Of a stretch of DNA of 64,000 bases, positions 39,696 through 50,190 are shown one piece after another. Below the pieces are notes generated by a model. That model did no database searches. It was not told the DNA's origin and worked only from the letters and a program-made list of their open reading frames with translations. Every line of letters begins with the position of its first letter. Positions within the stretch are counted from its first letter, which is position 1. The DNA is taken from contig JBHGNT010000011.1 of the NCBI GenBank assembly GCA_043228905.1, positions 21,886,001-21,950,000 of the forward strand. The letters are read 5' to 3'. This stretch comes from Azolla caroliniana (Eukaryota > Plantae > Polypodiophyta). Made by a program: the position numbers and the translations under genes.

Positions 39696-42119
39696 CTTTA
39701 GTATTGTGCATATGTAATGTTGTATCATTATTTTTGGTATTTCATGTTTCCAACATCATAATACGATGTTGTTCAGTTGAGTATATCAGCACATCTATCA
39801 TTCATTCATATGTGATTGATCATGTGATAATGTTACATCTCTTTCTACCATTTATTTTCCTAGATTAACGGGTTCATTAGCACCAATGTTCCCTCCCGAA
39901 TGGGCACTGATTTTGCAGCTTAAAGAAGGTTGATGGCTAGAATTTTTCCGCAGTCGTAACTAAAAGCTCATTAGAAATGCGTTTTTATTAAAAACACCGA
40001 TAAAAGTTCAGACAGGAAGGAAGCAATAAATAGGTATTTAATCAGCTAACTCAATTCATCACAAAGATATTATGCATTTATGTAGTTCAAACTCATCAAG
40101 GAGGAATTGGGCACACAATGTCTAATAATTGGTCATAGTTAAGTGGCTTCAAATTAGCAAACTGAATTTGTTGATGTAGAATTTGATAATAATTGGATTG
40201 AGAAATATAGACATGAAACAATGGTATACCATGACCATAATCTAGTTCAACATGAAAATGTTAATAAATTAGTGATTGTGGGACCATTAAGTACTAGGCA
40301 TTAGATTACTTGGAAAGTAATTGTTAAGATAAAGGATGGGTACTATTAGACGAACACTTCGGAGCTATTTTATCATCTTTGATTGCTACCTCAAACTATA
40401 TATGATTTACTAATTCTTTTTCACTTTGGTTTTGTAATGTTGTGTTGATTGATCTTGGGTAATATTTTCAGATTCCATGTTTTGGATGAGTAAGCTCATA
40501 GAGGAAAGTACTAAGGGATGATGTACGATCCATGTGGCATATGCATGTGTAGGAAAGGAACCAAAGTTGAGAGTGATTGTGACGTTATGTTGCCTAGTTC
40601 TTGGAGTCATCCCACAACAAAGAATACATTGTTTACCATAATCATCTGAAACAATCATTGTCTAATGATGTCCAATGCTTCCAACAAAAGTAACACCTCT
40701 ATGTCGTCACAATCATGTCCAACCTCCACAAAAGGCATGTGATGGCATGTTTTTTTTCTTCCCCACTATAGAATATAACCTATCCCTATCAAGATTTATC
40801 TCCAAAGATTTATATCCAAGTGTGCTTTATAATTATGGCCTAAGCCATATCCAAGTATGACCCTCCTTTGCTTGCTCCATTCTCCAATTTCTATGTTGTG
40901 TCATTCACTTCATCATTTGGCTTTCCTACACTTTAGATCCAAAATCACTAACACAATAGTAAATACGTCAAGGTGTGTTTCTAGTTTACCAACTTCATGT
41001 CCCTAAACATATAGAGCATTTGTTGAAATTACTCTTTAAGTCTATATGCCTACCTTTTTGCAGATACCAATCGAAGAATAGCTAAATTGGTGAGGTTATA
41101 TTGCCAAGACCAAAAAGTTACGAGTTTGATCAAACCAAGAGAGGAGATAACCAAACAAGTTGTCTAATTGGTGATGGGCCCTAAAAAAGCGTAGCTCAAT
41201 TGCACTTGATCCTAGATCTACTAGTTAATAAAGATGCAACTTACAATTGGGGCATGGAAATGTAAATGTACATATTCATATTAATAAACATACAAGTTAG
41301 GCCAAGTGGGATATGACCATTGAAAACCACCCGTCTATGTTATCCCAATCTTACCACTAGGGTATAACATCAAGACACCCAATATATTTATTATGATGTT
41401 TTTCTTATTATCTTAAAAAAAACAAAGATCAAGGAAGAATAGAATCCTCCCCAAGTTATGGAAGTTTAAGGTTAGGGATATTTGAACATTCTAGAAACTC
41501 ATGGTGATTTGAAGCTATACATGACTTCATCATAGTTCTTTATGGCTCAGTGAACACAACAATTTCCATTCTTTGAGAAGCTAGGTCCAATCTACCACTT
41601 ATGGATGTTGTAACCGGAGCATGACAATACCATTGGATTGATAACACTCCATAGGAGTTATCCGGATTACACACTATAGAAAGTCATGCATAAACACCCA
41701 AAAGGACATTGATTGGCATAGAGCTTTATGCTCTTGAACTGTAAACCACAGATCAGGATCGAATCCTACCCTCTTGTTCGTCTGACCCCGGCTGAAAGTT
41801 TCATTCCCTAAAAATGTTTACGAAAAAACAAAAATTATGAAGCACATTAAGAACAAAGCCAACAATATAGGAGAAAGAAATACCAGCCTGCAGAAAGTCA
41901 AAATATTTAAAATTTTGAGTCTGTTGTAATCAAGAAATATCTCATGGAAGAGCTGTAGTCTGCAGGCATATGTGAACTTGGACATTCAACTCCTCATGTT
42001 GTTGTTGTCGGTTGATAAGCAGTATTTATGAATATATGGGAAAAAATCCATTTGTGAAGCTTAATTAACTTCAGAGCATTGGATAAACACAATTTGTCAT
42101 ATGCAATTGAATTCTTATT

Positions 42120-42330
42120 TCTAGGGAAGTTTGGTGAAACATGCTTCAAAATGATTCTATGATTCCATAGCAAAAACCTTTTGATTCCTCGATTACTGAA
42201 ATTTCAGATCATCGTCACAATTTGTCTTAGGGAAGTTTGGTGAAACATTCTTCAAAATGATGCTTTGATTCCATTGAAAAAGCCTTTTGATCCCTCAATT
42301 GCTGACATTTCAGATCATCGCCACAATTCT
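42120..42330. repeat. tandem duplication, ~107 bp x2
   Basis: tagggaagtttggtgaaacat..ttcaaaatgat...atttcagatcatcg.cacaatt occurs twice. Confidence 0.9.
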
Positions 42331-42712
42331 TAAGTATCAATACTTTTCCCCTCTTGTGGTCAATGGTTAGCATACCCTGCTCTGCCTCTTTGATTGTTAA
42401 ATTCAGAAATAACTAAAAGGTGTACAGCAGAAAACATTTAAATTCTCACTTCACATATACCCCCAAGGTATAGGACAATCATTTTTTGTCATCATTATCA
42501 TCATGACATCATCTACACAAGCGACTGATGCATATTTGCGAAAGTGATTAGTGCAAAAAAAAAAAATTTAAGCATAATCCACTGCCCCTCATCTTACACA
42601 TGTAGATGGATTATACAGAGACACAACAGTTATAACCATTGCACAAACCATCCTTATTAACTCCATATAGATATCTTCTCATTGTATTGTACATATTAAA
42701 TGCATTAGTATG

Positions 42713-44611
42713 TCACTCTTTACTTGGAAAAAGGGTCAAATGACTTCTCCCTCGATAAACAGTATCTACTGCCTTATGTGTATTAATATCAGGTGTGCAT
42801 CCATTTATTATCATGAAATTGAAGAGACTTGAAGCCTTGGATGAACATCCATTCCTACAAAAGCAATCTATCAAGCTATTATACACATGTAGATTTGGCA
42901 AAAATCCCTTGTCAATCATCTGGTTAAAAAGATCCTCTGATTGTTTAAGCTGGTTTGCTTCACTGAAACGTCGGATCATGACCTCATAACAAATTGCATC
43001 AAGTTTTCCACCGCGGCTAGTAACTACATTAAAAAGATCTAATGCCTTCTGGAAGTCCATTTTATCACAAAGTGCACTTACAAGAACTATAAAGGTGCGA
43101 CTATTTGGAGTACAACCAAATTGTTCAACTTGATCCAAAAATATGCAAGCCTCATAAGGCTTTCCTTCTTTACATAAAGCCTTCACATAGATATTACATG
43201 TTACTATATCAGGAGTACAACCATTTTGGATCATCTTTTGCATCAAAGTTTCCGCATTTGCGATACAACCAGTTTCACATAATCCATTCAAAAGTGTGTT
43301 GTAACAAAATGTATTCGGACAACAACCATTTGTTATCATCTCATTAAGAACTTCTTGAGCACTTTCTACTCTCCCGATCATGCAAAGACCTTTAATAAGA
43401 GTAGTATAAGTAAAAATATCTGGAGAAACTCCATCCGTCATCATTGCTAGCATCACCTTTCGAGCCTCATTGGGCATCCTTTCTTTACAAAGATCTGCTA
43501 CAACAGTATTATATGTATTAATAGTAAGAATGCAACCCTTCTCATGCATTAAAGCAACCAATTTCTCAATTTCATCAGGTTTTCCAGATTTACAAATTGA
43601 AGACAAAAGTGCTGCATACACTGGCAAGCAAGCTGAACCAGGTTTATATAATGCTTGAACAAAAACATCTGACGCATCTTCAAGGTTTTTCTCCTTAAAG
43701 TATGTCCTTATGACATTTTCAAAAGCTGAAAGATCCAAAAAGTGATCTTTATTCTCCATAGCAGCAAAAACTTTTCCAGCCTCAGATAACATACCTTGTT
43801 GGGTAAGTGTTAGAACAAGGACATTGTAAGCAGGTACATCGGGTTCGAGACCCATCTGTTGCATCTTCTCAAACAATTCAAATGCTCGATTTGATTCTTT
43901 GGCTTTACATAAAGAATACATCAATGCTGTGAATGCTTGAAGGTCAGGTTCAAAACCTTCCTCAATGATTCGAAGGAAATGATTACAAGCAGAACCAAGA
44001 TTACCTGACTTTCCTAATCCAGAAATCATGATGGTATGTGTGATGACATTTGGGGAAAGTCCGGATTCAAGCATCCGAGTATAGAAACCTTTCGCTTCCT
44101 CAATTCTCTCAGCTTTGATCAATGTATCTAAAACACAGTTAAAATGGACCAAATCAGGTTTACAACCATAGGTTTCCATGCTATCGAGAACAGTCATGGC
44201 TTCTTCAACCATACCAGCTCTACCATAACCCATGATCAAAACCGTGAACCTTTTCTTTGACATAGAGCAAGATGAGCCATTAAACTTCTCTGATATCTCG
44301 AGAAAAGCATTGAAATTCTTGGTATGGCCCCATAGCTTCTTGATGAGGTGAAAAGACTGAGGTTTAAGTTCGAAATGAGAATGATTCCTCGCCCATAGAA
44401 ACAACCGAAGAGCTATCTTGGGCTCCGATAAAGAGGTTAAGAGCTCATGGATTAGGTCATTGGATATCGTGATCCCTGAGCTTACGATTGAAGATTCAAC
44501 AGAGGGGCCCCATTTCTGCTTACCTATGAGGGAGAGAAGAGTCAGGGCATCACTTGATATGGAGTTTTCTGAAGCTTTGGTCGAGTACCTGCGACATAGT
44601 CGGTAGAGCAT
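42713..44611 (-). CDS. P-class PPR protein, intronless CDS, ~632 aa, probably mitochondrial
   Basis: About 14 tandem 35-aa P motifs (e.g. PDIFTYTTLIKGLCMIGRVESAQEVLNEM..GC.PN). First ATG at 44611 gives MLYRLCRRYST, which is presequence-like. A splice acceptor (tctgtttctacag) lies 6 nt upstream. Confidence 0.93.
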   Translation of the reverse strand: MLYRLCRRYSTKASENSISSDALTLLSLIGKQKWGPSVESSIVSSGITISNDLIHELLTSLSEPKIALRLFLWARNHSHFELKPQSFHLIKKLWGHTKNFNAFLEISEKFNGSSCSMSKKRFTVLIMGYGRAGMVEEAMTVLDSMETYGCKPDLVHFNCVLDTLIKAERIEEAKGFYTRMLESGLSPNVITHTIMISGLGKSGNLGSACNHFLRIIEEGFEPDLQAFTALMYSLCKAKESNRAFELFEKMQQMGLEPDVPAYNVLVLTLTQQGMLSEAGKVFAAMENKDHFLDLSAFENVIRTYFKEKNLEDASDVFVQALYKPGSACLPVYAALLSSICKSGKPDEIEKLVALMHEKGCILTINTYNTVVADLCKERMPNEARKVMLAMMTDGVSPDIFTYTTLIKGLCMIGRVESAQEVLNEMITNGCCPNTFCYNTLLNGLCETGCIANAETLMQKMIQNGCTPDIVTCNIYVKALCKEGKPYEACIFLDQVEQFGCTPNSRTFIVLVSALCDKMDFQKALDLFNVVTSRGGKLDAICYEVMIRRFSEANQLKQSEDLFNQMIDKGFLPNLHVYNSLIDCFCRNGCSSKASSLFNFMIINGCTPDINTHKAVDTVYRGRSHLTLFPSKE

Positions 44612-45299
44612 TCCAGCCTGTAGAAACAGAGCAAGAGAGGAACAGTAGAGTTTTGAGTTTTCCCTCACTATTTCTATTCTTCTGATACAAAAATACCCCT
44701 CGTTTTCTTACGCTATTCTATTCATCCGAAATGCCCCTCTCCTTCTCTCTCACTAGTATATATATATAAGCTTATGCTCACACACCATGACCATACAAAA
44801 AACCTGCATCTCCCTACCAGAATGATGCAGGAACCTAACAAGTTACGGTAAAGAAAACCCTACAAGATATTGTGACTAGACAAGCTAACCTACAAACCAT
44901 GCTATTCAAGTCAAGGGTGCCCAAAAAGCTTCATTGTGAAAGCTCCAAACCAAATTTCCTCTTATCATGTGTTTTGATACTCTACGAAGATAAAGCAAAT
45001 GAGAACTTGTTTCCTATAATCCAATTGAACCATAGATCCCAATTGTTGCCAAGGTAAGCCCAACCTACAAACCATTGCTCCCCCATTTGCACATAATCGA
45101 AGACGGATTATCATCCTACATCCCATGCATGATGTCACCATCATATATACTGAATAAAGTGCCATTCTAGTGCTATGTTTGCTAACAATTAGTCTCTACT
45201 ATCAATAAACATTCTTAGTGTGCATTGCAAGTATGGTTTGAGTTATCAAACAACCAATGTGTATGTGTGCGTGCATGTGCACGCATGCATTATGAGATG

Positions 45300-45480
45300 A
45301 TATTGTTTCAAACTAGGAAAGGGATTATATGGCTTCAAGATTTTTAACTGAGTTCGGACTCAAACAAGAGAAGAATGTTTTGCATAGTGATAGCCAAAGT
45401 GTTATAGCCTTGGCCAAGAACTCATTATTTCATCAAGAATTAGAACATCTTGGACATTGTTATCCACAAGTCTCTGTTGG
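45300..45480 (+). mobile_element. copia RNase H remnant
   Basis: Reads KGIIWLQDF/TEFGLKQEKNVLHSDSQSVIALAKNSLFH, matching the copia RH motif (DSQSAI.LAKN..FH). Confidence 0.75.
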
Positions 45481-46640
45481 AGGATGAAGGTGTAAAATCA
45501 TGAGCTACCAAATTCTACGATGATAGGTTTTGGAGCCTATATATAGACCCCATATAGCTCCATTCTATGGCATCCACTTGTAAAGGAAAGTAGATAAATA
45601 GGGCTAAGAGAAGAAAATGCACTTTCAATGCTATAGAGAGAAATTTGACAACAATTTCTTGGGTGTTATTGCCTTGTGAATTGTGAGTATTGTTAAGACT
45701 TTGTGTATTTTCTCTTCGTAGAAAGATTCGTAAAAAAGATTGGTTCATATAATACATTGGCCATACTTTGGTTTTGTAGCTTGTGCTTGAATGGTTTCTC
45801 TATGAAATGTCTATCTTGGTGGAATAACGGATCAAAAGACAGCTTGTGTGTATATTAGTCCTAGGCCAGAACCCAGAATCAGTTTGTTACTTGCATGATG
45901 AAGGCATAGATTCAAGACATTCACAGCAAGCACTACAGGGGAGTCGTGGATTAGAAATTTAGATCGTTCACATAGAGACCCCCTCCCCCCTTCCAGTCAC
46001 CTAGTTCACATAGTCCTTGGAATATGAAAAGTGCAGAAGTTTTCCTTCCTTTCCAGTCCATGGTCAAGAACGAAAGCCTGTTCCAATTAGTCCATGGTAT
46101 AAGGAAGAAAACCTGTCCCAAAAGAAAAAGTTACTACATTTTTATAAAGCATACATATATAAAATGTCAGGCCACAATTTCTACAGGACACACACACACA
46201 GTTCCATTTCTACAACAAATATGCACACATATACTTATGGGCCACATTGGCCATTTCTACAACAAACGTTGAATGTCATGAAAGAAAGAACCATAAATTA
46301 AATTTGTATTTTTACCTTCAGAATGATGAGAACACCTTGCTACGGTCTCTTTTAAAACCTTCCTTCTCATGTCTTTGCTATACATGAGCCTCGGGATCTC
46401 TAGTTAGGCCTCCACATCCTCCTAATCAGAAATCTAAATAGTAGAGAGGGTGTTCTTTGCCATCTTCCATAGACCATAAGGTGCAGAGGTATGTTCGAAA
46501 TATGCAGGAGTTGTCTGTACAGATTCATGGTAGTAACTTCACTCGATACTGTATCAATACAATGGCTGCCTTGCTATTCCAAGACCGCATGTTAAGACAA
46601 TAATGTTGGGAAACATTGGTAAGGGATGATACCTCTTCAT

Positions 46641-48740
46641 CTATACTACATTTTTCCCTACACTGTCATCATACATATAATAGTCAGCATCAATAGATGC
46701 TTGGCCAGGAAGCTTGCTTAAACCTGAACATATTCTCAAATTTTCTGATGTTTCCGTGGAGGTAAATGGCATTACTACAGATGCAGGACCGTCCTTCGGC
46801 ATCAGTTTCACCACTTCATTAAGGCAACGGCTTCCTAGTTCCACATCACCATAGGTCTTGCATGAAGTAAGAAGAGATATCCACCCAGTGATGGTTGGTA
46901 ATATAGGCATAGTTGTTAAAATAGCTTCAGCATCATAAAGACATCCAGCTCGGCTAAGGAGGTCAACAATACAATTGTAATGTTCAACATTCTGTTTAAC
47001 ATCTTGAAATGCTCTCATAAACCTAAAATAATCAAGCCCTTCTTCTACCAGCCCACCATGGCCACACGCTGTCAGTATCGTGGTAAATATAACAACATCA
47101 GGCTGCAAGCCATGTTGTAGCATGACAGAAAGGCCTTGACTGACCATATTGTGTTTACCAACCAACGCATATGCAGCAATAACAGACCCCCATGAAATGA
47201 TATCAGGATTATCTAGACCATCAAACAGTTTACATGCTTCTTCAGAACTTCCACACTTTGCATACATATCAACAAGGCTGCTAGTAATTGAGACATCTGA
47301 TTCCAGACCATTGTAAACAATATGATTGTGTATTATCTTCCCTTGGAGTACAGACTCAAAGAGTGCACATGCTTTTGTTACACACAGAAATATCATGCTA
47401 TCTGGTTTCATATCCTCTTGCAACATTTTTTGAAATAGTTGAAGAACACTTAGACCGTCCCCGAGCTGCACATAGCATTCCATCAAAGCTCCCCACGACA
47501 CAATGTTTTTATGTGGTAGACTGTCAAAGACCCACAAAGCTTCCTCCAGGTTTCCAAACTTCACATACATAGCAATAAGAGAACTTCCCACTACTGTGTC
47601 TAAGGCCCATCCATTATTGTTGATCACATCATGTAATATCATCCCATGTTTATTGTTGAGACTGTTTCCACATGCTTTTAAAATGCAAGACAGGATAACC
47701 TTGTCTGATTTAATACCCTCCCGCTGCATTCTCTCAAAAAGTTCAAGCGCCACTTTATTATGGCCATTGTGAATGAAGGCGGTAATGATGGCACTCCAAG
47801 ACATAACATTCCGAGATGGTAACTCAGAAAACACAGTATATGCCTCCTCTAAACTTCCACATTTGGAATACATGTCAATAAGAGAAGTTCCAATGATCAC
47901 GTCTGAGCTAAGTTCATCTTTTCTCATTTGAAAATGTATACATCTCCCTTGTTCTAGATCACCTAAACTTGAGCAAGCTTTTAAAATGCCAAGATATATA
48001 ACTTTGCTGGGCTGGATGCCCTTTTCCTTCATTTGTGCATAAATGTTGAACACAACGGAGGGTTGTCCATGTGTTGCATATCCTGTAACTAATGCACCCC
48101 AAGAAACGATGTTTCGACTAGGAAGACTATCAAACAAAATCTGCCCTTCGTCCAAATTTCCACATTTCACATACATATCGATTAGAGTGCTCGCAATGGT
48201 CACATCATGATCAAGTCCTAATTCAGAAATTTCATTGTGTAATAGCATTCCCTGTTCACTCAAATTCAAACAACTGTATGCTTTTAGAACATATAGAAAG
48301 GTGACTTGATTTGGTCTTGTAAGGCTATGCTGCATCTGTTTATGCAACTCGATTGCTCTTTTATATTCCTCAAATGTGATATATGCAGAAATAATAGAGT
48401 TCCATGTATAAACACTTGGTTTGGGCACACTATTGAACACTTCGTTGGCTTCATGCAAGTTTCCACATGAAACAAAAATACGGATCAGGTGATCTCCTAG
48501 AACTGTTACAGATCTTAAATCTCTGGCAATTCTATAGCTTTGAAGTTGACGTGCTATGCTCAAGTCTCTCTTCTTTGCACACACTTGGAGGAGATGATAG
48601 AATATATCCCTAGATATCGAGATCCCTTTCTGGTCCATCTGGTGTAAAAGTTGCAAAGCTTCTCGCAACTGGCCATCTTTACACAGCCTTCTAATCCTAC
48701 CAAATGATGCGTCAAAACTTGCAGAAGAGAATGCAATCAT
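46641..48740 (-). CDS. PLS-class PPR protein with E domain, no DYW, 699 aa (candidate organellar RNA-editing specificity factor)
   Basis: Repeated P-L-S triplets (SLIDMYSKCGSLEEA..VF; NVMSWSAII; LKAC). Ends with EHYNCIVDLLSRAG, WISLLTSCKTYGDVELG (E1) and a KLPGQASI PG-box-like motif. No HxE/CxxC/DYW before the stop. Confidence 0.94.
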   Translation of the reverse strand: MIAFSSASFDASFGRIRRLCKDGQLREALQLLHQMDQKGISISRDIFYHLLQVCAKKRDLSIARQLQSYRIARDLRSVTVLGDHLIRIFVSCGNLHEANEVFNSVPKPSVYTWNSIISAYITFEEYKRAIELHKQMQHSLTRPNQVTFLYVLKAYSCLNLSEQGMLLHNEISELGLDHDVTIASTLIDMYVKCGNLDEGQILFDSLPSRNIVSWGALVTGYATHGQPSVVFNIYAQMKEKGIQPSKVIYLGILKACSSLGDLEQGRCIHFQMRKDELSSDVIIGTSLIDMYSKCGSLEEAYTVFSELPSRNVMSWSAIITAFIHNGHNKVALELFERMQREGIKSDKVILSCILKACGNSLNNKHGMILHDVINNNGWALDTVVGSSLIAMYVKFGNLEEALWVFDSLPHKNIVSWGALMECYVQLGDGLSVLQLFQKMLQEDMKPDSMIFLCVTKACALFESVLQGKIIHNHIVYNGLESDVSITSSLVDMYAKCGSSEEACKLFDGLDNPDIISWGSVIAAYALVGKHNMVSQGLSVMLQHGLQPDVVIFTTILTACGHGGLVEEGLDYFRFMRAFQDVKQNVEHYNCIVDLLSRAGCLYDAEAILTTMPILPTITGWISLLTSCKTYGDVELGSRCLNEVVKLMPKDGPASVVMPFTSTETSENLRICSGLSKLPGQASIDADYYMYDDSVGKNVV

Positions 48741-50190
48741 TTGAAATGTTGTTAGATCTGTCTAGATTCCAATGGAAGCATAACACTTTCTTCTTCCCCG
48801 CTGTCATATTCAAGCCTTAAAGTATTGACTACAAGGACACGAATATGATAATGACATCCATAGCATCTTATAAGACCTTGAAAAGGGCTCACAATGATCT
48901 GACAAGAAGATGAAGGCAATAAATCTTGACAAGAAATGAGATCTTCAAAAGCACACCTTGGATACGCAGATGAAGCTAATATTCATACTAGATAGAGAAG
49001 ACCTTGATAAATCGCACAAATTCCTGGAAATAACGATGAAAAAAGGAATTCATATTATAATAGAAGACTTTGAAATAAATTCAGACTTTCCACATAACGA
49101 CGCACACAACAATGAAAAGAAAAACCTTGAGAAATATCACACGTCTTGGAGACCGGAGACGGAGACTGAGATGAATATGAAGGAAAAGATGAGAAAAACG
49201 TTCATCGCAAGAAATAAACGTATCCATAAAAATCTCAGAGACCTTGGAGATGAAGACGATGATGGAGACAAATTTTCATTGCAGATGAATGAGATATTGA
49301 TAGGTCGAGGATGAAGGAAATAATTCATGTCACGGAAATTTAAGACCTTAGCTGTGGCAGGAGGCTTCGACGCCATTGGAGTTGTAGGGACCTTCGTCGA
49401 CAGTCCCCTGTCTCGACTCTGAGACTCGAGAACATCAGCACGATCTAAAACAGGGCATGAGTGAAGGATCAGAAGAAGAATTGGAAAACGGACTCACGCT
49501 TGGGTTTCTCTTTATTTCCGGAAATGCCCCTCATAAGCCCCCCTCGATTTGAAACACCCACTCTTGGGTTTCTCTTCAGCGATGATGCAGTCATTATAGT
49601 GAATGAATGAATGGTTGAAATGATCATTTTTGTTCTCATTGTGCACTCCATTTACTGGATGGCCTCTTGCCATCTTGGGATTATATGTTATGATCAAACC
49701 CAATCTAGCGTTGCAGAGTAAAACACCCAAAGTTTTGATGTGTTGTGGTGCGAGGACCATCCAAATTTCATATAAATATCGTTGTGTTCCATTAGACGCT
49801 AAATGGTTGTTATGACATTATTTTAATAACCAACGCACTATGGATTGGTGCAATTTCTCATAGTCTCTCTCTTATACAAAAAGTTGAATGTATGGCCCAT
49901 GCGAGACAAGCCCATCTTATGGATTTTCTTATCGAGCCATGTTCTAGGCGCTGTGATTTCGAACGAGAATGCCCCATGAGATGAGTGGAGTAGGCCCATG
50001 ATCCATCATCCCATGGAGCATCTATGTGGGTGTCAACATCCATTAATTGCATCATCCCGAGAGGAATGTCTTTGCCCTGCCATCCTCCTGCTTCTGGGTG
50101 GGATCATGGAAAGTGTGTGCTTCTTCTAGAGAGAGAGGGAAACAAGAAGAAGAAGAAAAAGAAGAGAGAGAGAATGCAGGCAGACAAGCC

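Noticed and set aside
40410-40900. Possible hAT transposase (DUF659-like) remnant on the minus strand (GGWT..RGVTFVGSI)
   Set aside because: Only a few residues match by eye; cannot be supported without an HMM search.
48958-49314. 118-aa charged ORF on the plus strand
   Set aside because: Non-ATG start; purine-rich sequence is better explained as the complement of a pyrimidine-rich minus-strand intron or UTR.
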